Assembly: GCA_965277715.1 (NCBI GenBank)
Contig: OZ255836.1
Location: forward strand, 4,111,632-4,175,631
Source of the DNA: Gammaproteobacteria bacterium
GTDB lineage: Bacteria; Pseudomonadota; Gammaproteobacteria; JBCCGL01
Direction of reading: 5' to 3'
DNA: 64,000 nucleotides
In this document: positions 20,381 to 28,900 of the stretch, in pieces
How the letters are laid out: each line of letters opens with the position of its first letter
Position numbering within the stretch: the stretch's first letter is position 1
Position numbers and translations under genes: made by a program
Notes under the pieces: model-generated
Databases searched by the model: none
What the model was told of the DNA's origin: nothing
What the model saw: the letters and a program-made list of their open reading frames with translations, nothing else

Positions 20381-20459
20381 GTGTCGGTTATGTCTTGCAG
20401 GTGATGACTGAAAACAACCGGTGTTACGCCAACCAAAATAAACGATTAAGAGGACTATT

Positions 20460-20888
20460 ATGAGTGTTACAAACCCAGGTGCGCTGCACGAATATCAACA
20501 GGTGGGGGTTTTTTCTGGCGCGGCCTACGCCGATCCGCACTATTTGATTACCATGCTGATGGAAGGTGCGCTGGAACGCATTGCATTGACCAAAGGAGCG
20601 ATAGCCAAAGGGGATGTGGTGGAAAAAAGTCGATTGATTGGTAATGCCATTACCATTGTGGAAGGGTTAAAGGGGTGCCTGGATTTATCCGTTGGCGGCG
20701 AATTGGCGCAAAACCTGGCAGACCTATACGATTACATGACGCGCCGCTTACTCAATGCCAACCTGAACAACGATATACAGATGCTCGATGAAGTAGCCAG
20801 TTTGTTGCACGAAATAAAAGTCGCCTGGCAGCAGATTCCGCAAGTGCACGAAAAACCCAAAAACCTGGAACGTATGGCGGTGAGATAG
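20460..20888 (+). CDS. fliS: flagellin-specific chaperone FliS
   Basis: 142 aa with FliS-family helices (LLMEGALERI...AIKIVEGLK-like). Position after fliD. Confidence 0.8.
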   Translation: MSVTNPGALHEYQQVGVFSGAAYADPHYLITMLMEGALERIALTKGAIAKGDVVEKSRLIGNAITIVEGLKGCLDLSVGGELAQNLADLYDYMTRRLLNANLNNDIQMLDEVASLLHEIKVAWQQIPQVHEKPKNLERMAVR

Positions 20889-20899
20889 CGTGAAAACAT

Positions 20900-21265
20900 G
20901 TGTTCGATTTACATTTGTTCGATTCAACGGGGGCTTTTAGCTTGAACTACAACGCATTGATCCAGGATATCGTTGACCTAAGCCAACAGATAGAGGATTT
21001 AGCGCAGAGCGACGACTGGCTGTCGATGCAAAACCTCGCCGACCGGCGTATGCGCGGTCTGCACACACTATTCGCCGCATTAGCATTGGATCAGCCTGTA
21101 CAACTGTCGGTGCTGGATTGTAAAAAACTAAACCATGTCCTCGATGCCAACCAACGCATTTTGGCCCATACCCGCCGTCGGCGCGATGCGGTAGTAATGG
21201 CGGTTGCTACACAGCGCGCCGCTACCGCTGCGCAGCGGGCATACACGGCCTGTCCTCAATACTAA
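20900..21265 (+). CDS. hypothetical small flagellar-locus protein at the FliT/FleP position
   Basis: 121-aa helical ORF at the conserved slot between fliS and fleQ. No diagnostic motif. Confidence 0.3.
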   Translation: MFDLHLFDSTGAFSLNYNALIQDIVDLSQQIEDLAQSDDWLSMQNLADRRMRGLHTLFAALALDQPVQLSVLDCKKLNHVLDANQRILAHTRRRRDAVVMAVATQRAATAAQRAYTACPQY

Positions 21266-21539
21266 CAAGCCAAATCTGGTCCTTCCAACGGGTAACAGGG
21301 ATAAATTTGGTGAGAAATATGCGCTAAATTTTTGTAATACTGTTTATTTTGTCTAATATTATAATGAGTTACAAAAAACCTTATATTAGCAATGCCTTGA
21401 ATTCACTGTGCAGCCAGCCCAACGCAGTCTGCATTCGCTTCAGCCGCGTTCGGTAGGCTATCTCCGCCATCCAAGTATGACCGGAAGACCTTCAGAATGT
21501 GAAATTCCAATCGGTAGACCGGTGATACGACACAAATAA

Positions 21540-22997
21540 ATGACCAAAAAAACACTAAAGAAAGTACTTGTAGTTGATATCGATACGGAGCGAACACGAT
21601 CACTGGCCACCTTGCTGAATTTTCTGGACTACAATGCCCAGGTACTCAGTAGCCCCGCACTCTTGCGCGAATTGACAGACCTGGCGGATTACGGCGCCCT
21701 GTTTCTCTATGAATCAAAGCAGGCACTGGCAATTGCTGCAGAGCTTGCCGAGAAATTGAGCCAGTGCCCGCCGTTGGTGCTGGTCGGTGATCACTTTGCC
21801 AATGAGCCGAGTGAAGGGGCACTGCCACCGGGGTTTATCGCCGCCATGAAAACGGACATCAAATACCCCGAGTTGAGCAATTTACTGCACCGTACTGAAC
21901 TCACCGCAAAACAACACAACAAAGACCTGCCACAATCGCTGGAGTTATTCCGCAGCCTGGTGGGCAACAGCCGCACTATCCGTCGTGTGCGCAAAATGAT
22001 CGAACAGGTTGCCAGTACTGAAGCCACTGTCTTGATTTTGGGTGAATCCGGCACGGGTAAAGAAGTGGTTGCGCGCAACATCCACTACTACTCAACACGC
22101 AGAAACAAACCGTTTGTACCCATCAACTGTGGCGCTATTCCCGGTGATCTGCTGGAAAGCGAACTGTTTGGCCATGAAAAGGGAGCGTTTACCGGCGCCT
22201 TGAGTGCCCGTCAGGGGCGTTTTGAACTGGCTGAAGGTGGCACTATCTTTCTCGATGAAATCGGGGATATGCCGTTGAACATGCAAGTCAAATTGTTACG
22301 GGTGATTCAGGAGCGCTCATTTGAGCGCGTTGGCAGCAACCGCAGCATCAAAACCAACGTGCGCATTATCGCGGCAACCCACCGTGACCTGGATGTATTG
22401 ATCGAGCAGGGACAATTCCGTGAAGATTTGTATTATCGACTCAATGTCTTCCCAATCGAAATGCCGGCAATGCGTGATCGACTCGAAGATCTGCCCTTGC
22501 TGGTCAACGAATTAATCACCCGGCTCGAACACGAAAAAAGTGGCTCGGTACGCCTGACGCCCGCCGCAATCGCCACCTTGTGCAACTACCGCTGGCCGGG
22601 CAATGTACGTGAGCTGGCCAACCTGATTGAACGGTTGGCGATTCTCTTCCCCTACGGTGTGGCGGATGTCAAAGACCTGCCCGCCAAAATAGTGCCAACG
22701 CAAACCAGTGGAGAACTTATCCCGCATGATGCAGTGGCGCTTGAGTATCCCGTCACTATGAGCTCAGGGGGCATGGCTAACCTGGAAATCCTCAGTAGTG
22801 AGCCACGCCTGCCGCGTGAGGGCATTGATCTAAAACAACACCTTACCGATATTGAAGTGAGCTTGATTAAGCAAGCCCTCGACGACACCGATTGGGTTGT
22901 CGCGCACTCGGCAAAGCGCCTGCGTATCCGGCGCACCACCCTGGTGGAAAAAATGCGCAAATACAATATCGTGCGGACTGAAGAGCTGTTGTTATAA
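21540..22997 (+). CDS. fleQ: sigma54-dependent flagellar master regulator (FleQ/FlrA-type enhancer-binding protein)
   Basis: It has an N-terminal FleQ/REC-like domain, an AAA+ sigma54-activation domain ([29 protein letters not shown]) and a C-terminal Fis-type HTH. It sits downstream of fliS-fliT, as fleQ does in Pseudomonas. Confidence 0.8.
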   Translation: MTKKTLKKVLVVDIDTERTRSLATLLNFLDYNAQVLSSPALLRELTDLADYGALFLYESKQALAIAAELAEKLSQCPPLVLVGDHFANEPSEGALPPGFIAAMKTDIKYPELSNLLHRTELTAKQHNKDLPQSLELFRSLVGNSRTIRRVRKMIEQVASTEATVLILGESGTGKEVVARNIHYYSTRRNKPFVPINCGAIPGDLLESELFGHEKGAFTGALSARQGRFELAEGGTIFLDEIGDMPLNMQVKLLRVIQERSFERVGSNRSIKTNVRIIAATHRDLDVLIEQGQFREDLYYRLNVFPIEMPAMRDRLEDLPLLVNELITRLEHEKSGSVRLTPAAIATLCNYRWPGNVRELANLIERLAILFPYGVADVKDLPAKIVPTQTSGELIPHDAVALEYPVTMSSGGMANLEILSSEPRLPREGIDLKQHLTDIEVSLIKQALDDTDWVVAHSAKRLRIRRTTLVEKMRKYNIVRTEELLL

Positions 22998-23030
22998 CAT
23001 CTGCGTATTGCCTACGCGATTATTCAGGTT

Positions 23031-23406
23031 CTGCGTTGCTCTACCTCCTGTGTCCCTACAGTCGTCGGCAACTGCTCCTGCGTTGCTCTACCTCCTGTGT
23101 CCCTACAGTCGTCGGCAACTGCTCCTGCGTTGCTCTATCTCCTGTGTCCCTACAGTCGTCGGCAACTGCTCCTGCGTTGCTCTATCTCCTGTGTCCCTAC
23201 AGTCGTCGGCAACTGCTCCTGCGTTGCTCTATCTCCTGTGTCCCTACAGTCGTCGGCAACTGCTCCTGCGTTGCTCTATCTCCTGTGTCCCTACAGTCGT
23301 CGGCAACTGCTCCTGCGTTGCTCTATCTCCTGTGTCCCTACAGTCGTCGGCAACTGCTCCTGCGTTGCTCTAGCTCCTGTGTCCCTACAGTCGTCGGTAA
23401 CTGTTT
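23031..23406. repeat. tandem array of a 47-bp direct repeat, about 8 copies (7 near-identical plus 1 degenerate)
   Basis: Unit CTGCGTTGCTCT(A/T)(C/T)CTCCTGTGTCCCTACAGTCGTCGGCAACTGCTC. Copies start at 23031, 23078, 23125, 23172, 23219, 23266, 23313 and 23360. They abut each other with no spacers. All three forward frames are open across the array only because the unit lacks stop codons. Confidence 0.9.
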
Positions 23407-23639
23407 CTGTGGAAAACAGGCTGGTGATGGTTACTGATGGTGTGAGATTGTGCTCTGATGTATTGCCTGCCGGAGACAACATTCAGTGTTTGATAGAGCT
23501 GAAAACATATCGCACACCTGCAAGATATGAGCGTGCTATGTATCGTCACGTATGCTACGTTTATTTGGTTACATCTACATTTGTAGAGTGTCTTCAGGTC
23601 TTTGTTGCACATTATTAGGAGGTTCGTTACCCGCTTTTG

Positions 23640-23672
23640 GGTGGCGGAGGAGGCGGAGGCGGAGGAGGCCGT
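23640..23672. repeat. (GGN)n simple-sequence tract
   Basis: GGTGGCGGAGGAGGCGGAGGCGGAGGAGGCC. Confidence 0.8.
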
Positions 23673-23768
23673 TGCGCTGTTGAGGGTGGGTTAATACCTC
23701 TGGCGAAATTATTTTCCTGTCTTCGTGGCGGTGGCGGGTTTGACGCTTTTTTAGACATAGTCAATTCA

Positions 23769-24359
23769 TCACTTTTTCATAAATTCAACAAACACTACAG
23801 CCGAGCCGTTGATAAGAATGCTTTCAACGTCGGATAAGGGTATTTCCGTATTTTCGCTATCAAGCCAGCTCGCCTCCCTGAGTAGAAAATGGCCGCTATG
23901 CGGTTCAGTTGGCCATTCTGAAGGCCAGCCGTATATTCTTCTACCATCATCCAGGTGCAATACAACATAGGTTATATTGTCGGCAAAGGCGCTAAACCAC
24001 TCGGACGCATAAGATGTTTCGCGGGTGATAGCGAGTTTTCTCATCAGCGCGTGAAACTTATCATTGTTTGCAAAATAAGCAAACACTAGACCCAATAGCA
24101 ATGATGTTATTAAGGCGCTGAGTAATTCGGTATTGGTATTCCATTCTATCCATCCGGGGTGTAGGCCCGTTACATTGGCCAGTGCTTTAAACAGAAACCC
24201 TAAACCCTGGATAATAATAGTAAATATGAGTGCTTGAACAACCCGTTCAAAATGGGATTGCTTGGGGTAGGAGGTAAAGGCATAAAAAATCCACGCGGTG
24301 ACGAAGCCGGGCAGCAGATATTGCAATAGTGATATAACACCGGTGTTGATTAAATCCAT
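23769..24359 (-). CDS. hypothetical membrane protein with about 3 N-terminal TM helices and a C-terminal soluble domain
   Basis: 196-aa ORF with hydrophobic helices (LLQYLLPGFVTAWIFYAF, VVQALIFTIIIQGLGFLF, LLSALITSLLLGLVFAYF). It lies in an AT-rich context, divergent from the CHAT gene. No recognisable motif. Confidence 0.4.
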   Translation of the reverse strand: MDLINTGVISLLQYLLPGFVTAWIFYAFTSYPKQSHFERVVQALIFTIIIQGLGFLFKALANVTGLHPGWIEWNTNTELLSALITSLLLGLVFAYFANNDKFHALMRKLAITRETSYASEWFSAFADNITYVVLHLDDGRRIYGWPSEWPTEPHSGHFLLREASWLDSENTEIPLSDVESILINGSAVVFVEFMKK

Positions 24360-24492
24360 AATGATACGCCATTAAGTGCCCTTCACTTATTAAAGCAGTT
24401 TTCTTATCCGCAGAAAATACTAAACTCAGTACATAAAATCCAAAATATATACTTCTATAAAAAAATCATAACGCTACACGAGTAATACACCA

Positions 24493-25962
24493 ATGGAACA
24501 GCACAATATTTTGATACTCGGCGCCAGCCCCTGGAATCTTCACCGGGTTAGCCATGATGTAGAAATTCGTAATATACAAAAAGCCATAAAAAAAAGTAGT
24601 GGCGCAGATGCATTCTCTATCGAAACCAACTCCGCCGCGCAGTATCAGGATTTAGGCGAGGCGGTTTTGGCGCAGCAACCGCATATCCTGCATTTCTGTG
24701 GGCATGGCGGGGGTGATGTGGGGTTGGTTTTTGTGGATGAAGATAACAACGCCCAGCTCGCGGATAACACGGCTATGGAAAAACTCATCCGTATGCTGGG
24801 CAATCATGTGCGCTGTGTGTTTCTCAATGCCTGTTACAGTGAGGTGCAGGCAAAGTTACTAATTCCTCATGTCGACTATGTTATTGGCGTGCAGGGCACA
24901 GTGGGTGATGCCGACGCTCAGGCGTTTAGCACGGCATTTTATGAAAAACTGGGGGCTGGTTACCCGCTTACCTATGCTTTTGAGTTGGCCTACAACGACC
25001 ACTACCACGCCGAGCACTGTCGGCCAGTGTTGCTCAGCCGCAGTGAGCACCGCCTCTACCACAGTGATCTCGATACCCTCAATGAAATAAGCCAACGGTT
25101 GCAAACCGTCACCCCTGGTATTGCCCTCCTGGGCCAGGCGGGCCGTATCAGTGCTGCTTTGCCTCCAGCACTGCGAGCACGGATGCAGGGAACCTTTGGC
25201 CCTGAACGGGTATTAACACTTAGCCCCGTCAGTGACGACAAACAACAAGGTGCATTTTTTGCCCATCTCGCCGAGCAGGCGCAGTCTGATCAGGTCGACT
25301 TTAGCGGGTTAGCAACCGTCTTACAGCACCGGGTGGAAGACGGTAGCCTGCGCTGCCTGTTGCTAGGCCATTTGCAGCGCGGTAGCGCTGAAGAGTCCCG
25401 GCAACTGGCCGAGTTGTTGCGCAATTTATGTGAAGGGGGGCGGTTAAAGGTGGTGATTTACGGTGAGCGAAGACTGCGCGATTTAATGGTGCTTAACGGT
25501 GCGCTATCACCGCTGAATATGTTGGATTCACTCTACCTTGCCGAGTTGGGTGTAGAGGATGTTCTCAAGCTTGAGCCAGAGTTGAAGAGAGAAGAAGCCG
25601 AGGATTTGTTGGCGCTGTCTGGCGGGCACCCACGGCTGTTGCGTGAAGCGCTGTTTTGCTATCGCCAACAACCCAATCTGAATAAGGTAGCCGAGCAGTT
25701 GCAAACTGCGGTCGATGATATTGTCGATCAATGTCTTTGTGATTTTCGGGGGCAGGAGGATAGTATGGTGTTGTTAGCGGATTGCTTGCGTGAAGAACGG
25801 GCGGGTTACCGAGCAGACTTGATAGGTGATGAAGTGTTGGCGGCTTTATATTGGCATAACTTGCTGCGGCAGCAGGGGCATCAGTTGTACTGGCGTTGTA
25901 GTTTATTGCGTGAGACGGTGGAAGCAGTAGCGGCCAGCCTGGCCCGGCGGGCGGGGGTGTGA
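24493..25962 (+). CDS. CHAT-domain (caspase-like, clan CD) peptidase with a C-terminal alpha-helical domain of unknown function
   Basis: The N-terminal ~130 aa carry the CHAT/caspase His-Gly and Cys catalytic dyad in the canonical context (PHILHFCGHGGGD ... VRCVFLNACYSE). The remaining ~330 aa are Leu/Arg-rich and helical. There is no signal peptide. The stop at 25960-62 lies 1 nt before the next gene's GTG start. Confidence 0.7.
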   Translation: MEQHNILILGASPWNLHRVSHDVEIRNIQKAIKKSSGADAFSIETNSAAQYQDLGEAVLAQQPHILHFCGHGGGDVGLVFVDEDNNAQLADNTAMEKLIRMLGNHVRCVFLNACYSEVQAKLLIPHVDYVIGVQGTVGDADAQAFSTAFYEKLGAGYPLTYAFELAYNDHYHAEHCRPVLLSRSEHRLYHSDLDTLNEISQRLQTVTPGIALLGQAGRISAALPPALRARMQGTFGPERVLTLSPVSDDKQQGAFFAHLAEQAQSDQVDFSGLATVLQHRVEDGSLRCLLLGHLQRGSAEESRQLAELLRNLCEGGRLKVVIYGERRLRDLMVLNGALSPLNMLDSLYLAELGVEDVLKLEPELKREEAEDLLALSGGHPRLLREALFCYRQQPNLNKVAEQLQTAVDDIVDQCLCDFRGQEDSMVLLADCLREERAGYRADLIGDEVLAALYWHNLLRQQGHQLYWRCSLLRETVEAVAASLARRAGV

Positions 25963-25963
25963 T

Positions 25964-28900
25964 GTGCAGTTGAGACTTAGCGTGGCGTTACGCTACGGCT
26001 TACTATTGGGTTTGTGTGTGGGGTGGCTGCCGTTGGGGGTAGTGGCGGATGCTGTGCGACCGGCTTTGGTGCCTGCGGGTGAGCAGTTGGCTAGTGGTGA
26101 AGGGGCGTTGGATAGTTTGGCTCGGCGTTTGAATACACGCTTGGGCACTGTCCATCACGCGGCCTTCAGCCCGCAGGGAGATCGCATCGTTACGGCATCG
26201 AGTGATAACACTGCGCGGCTGTGGAATGCAGACAATGGCGAACTGATTGTGGTGCTTGAGGGGCATACGGATTGGGTTAATCACGCGGCTTTCAGCCCGC
26301 AGGGAGATCGAATCGTTACGGCATCGGATGATAATACTGCGCGGTTATGGAACGCAGACAATGGCGAACTGATTGCGGTGCTTGAGGGGCATACGGGCAG
26401 AGTTTATCACGCGGCCTTCAGCCCGCAGGGAGATCGCATCGTTACGGCATCGGGTGATGATACTGCGCGGCTGTGGAACGCAGACGATGGTGAACTGATC
26501 GATGTGCTTAAGGGGCATACGGATTGGGTTAATCACGCGGCTTTCAGTCCACAGGGAGATCGAATCGTTACGGCATCGGATGATAATACTGCGCGGTTAT
26601 GGAACGCAGACAATGGCGAACTGATTGCGGTGCTTGAGGGGCATACGGGCAGAGTTTATCACGCGGCCTTCAGCCCGCAGGGAGATCGCATCGTTACGGC
26701 ATCGGGTGATGATACTGCGCGGCTGTGGAACGCAGACGATGGTGAACTGATCGATGTGCTTAAGGGGCATACGGATTGGGTTAATCACGCGGCTTTCAGT
26801 CCACAGGGAGATCGAATCGTTACGGCATCGGATGATAATACTGCGCGGTTATGGAACGCAGACAATGGCGAACTGATTGCGGTGCTTGAGGGGCATACGG
26901 GCAGAGTTTATCACGCGGCCTTCAGCCCGCAGGGAGATCGCATCGTTACGGCATCGGGTGATGATACTGCGCGGCTGTGGAACGCAGACGATGGTGAACT
27001 GATCGATGTGCTTAAGGGGCATACGGATTGGGTTAATCACGCGGCTTTCAGTCCACAGGGAGATCGAATCGTTACGGCATCGGATGATAATACTGCGCGG
27101 TTATGGAACGCAGACAATGGCGAACTGATTGCGGTGCTTGAGGGGCATACGGGCAGAGTTTATCACGCGGCCTTCAGCCCGCAGGGAGATCGCATCGTTA
27201 CGGCGTCGAGAGATAACACTGCGCGGCTGTGGAACGCGGGCGATGGCGAACTGATCGCGGTGCTTGAGGGGCATACGGGCAGAGTTTATCACGCGGCTTT
27301 CAGCCCGCAGGGAGATCGCATCGTTACGGCATCGAGAGATAACACTGCGCGGCTGTGGAATGCAGACAATGGCGAACTGATTGTGGTGCTTGAGGGGCAT
27401 ACGAGTTGGGTTTATCACGCGGCCTTCAGCCCGCAGGGAGATCGCATCGTTACGGCATCGAGAGATAACACTGCGCGGCTGTGGAATGCAGACAATGGCG
27501 AACTGATTGTGGTGCTTGAGGGGCATAGGAATAGGTTTTATCACGCGGCCTTCAGCCCGCAGGGAGATCGCATCGTTACGGTATCGGGTGATGATACTGC
27601 GCGGCTGTGGAATGCAGACGATGGTGAACTGATCGATGTGCTTAAGGGGCATACGGATTGGGTTAATCACGCGGCTTTCAGTCCACAGGGAGATCGAATC
27701 GTTACGGCATCGGGAGATAACACTGCGCGGCTGTGGAATGCAGACAATGGCGAACTGATTGTGGTGCTTGAGGGGCATAGGAATAGGGTTTCTCACGCGG
27801 CCTTCAGCCCGCAGGGAGATCGCATCGTTACGGCATCGGGTGATGATACTGCGCGGCTGTGGAATGCAGACAATGGCGAACTGATTGCGGTGCTTGAGGG
27901 GCATAGGAATAGGGTTTCTCACGCGGCCTTCAGCCCGCAGGGAGATCGTATCGTTACGGCATCTAGGGGTAAGACTGTGCGGCTGTGGAGCGCAGACGAT
28001 GGCGAACTGATCGCGGTGTTTGAGGGGCATACGGATCGGGTTACTCACGCAGCCTTCAGCCCGCAGGGTAATCGCATTGTCACCGCCTCATTCGATGGCA
28101 GTATAAGACTATGGGACACAGATACAGCTAAACCGCTACGGCTTATGGTGGCCACCAGCAACGGCCAATGGCTAAACTGCCAGGCGAACGGCCATTGCTT
28201 ACGCCACGACGATGGCACATTGTTTTGGCCGCCTCTACCTCCCCAGGCCACAGGCGGTAAACTGAGCCTGGAAAATCTGCCCGAGGCGACAATCGACACC
28301 TGTATGTCGCTGCCTTGCGAGCCACGCGACTTTGTTGTCGGGATTCGCAATACCGGCACCGCGCCACTCTATTGGCTACAAGTGGTCTCGGCAGAAAGCG
28401 GCCCTGTCTCACTGTCATTACCCCCACCGCCGTTACCGCCATTGCACCCCGATGATCATGTTGAGCTAAGCATACGCCTGGCCAGCGTAGCACCCACACA
28501 GCAACCCCAGCGCCAAAACACCAGTATAAAATTGGCTATTCGCCACGCCCATGGCGAATTACCAATAGACCTGCCAGTAACCGTGCGCACCCCAGAGATT
28601 ACTCTGCTGGAAGCCAGCCTGACAGAAAACCGCGAAACCATCGCAGTGCAGGTGAGTAACCACGGCGGGGTTTCACTATCCCAGGCGGTTGCAGAGGCCG
28701 CCATCAATGGCCAGGCGATACCCGGTAGCCTTAACCTTCCAGTGCTTCCGGGCAATATGTCGAAACCACAACAATTGGCTTTTACGGCGCCCGCAGATTT
28801 TAACTACCCGGACGACACTGAGTTCACTTTGCAGTTGCGCAACGCCAACTACCCCCATTATCAGTGGACACTCAAACACCCGCTCACCCTGCCCTGGCAA

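Noticed and set aside
23031-23406. Possible CRISPR array
   Set aside because: The repeats are directly adjacent with no unique spacers. The unit is 47 bp with no interspersed variable sequence. There are no cas genes.
22897-23618. Three overlapping long forward ORFs (158, 133 and 173 aa) in all three frames across the 47-bp array, with Cys/Leu/Ser-rich repetitive translations
   Set aside because: They are open only because the 47-bp unit lacks stop codons in any frame. The unit length is not a multiple of 3 and all frames are equally open. There is no RBS or start context. These are an artefact of the tandem repeat.
26003-28048. Minus-strand ORFs of 63 to 315 aa inside the WD40 gene with repetitive translations (MINPIRMPLKH…)
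   Set aside because: They are antisense frames of the GC-rich tandem repeats. Their identical periodic copies mirror the sense-strand repeats. There are no independent start signals.
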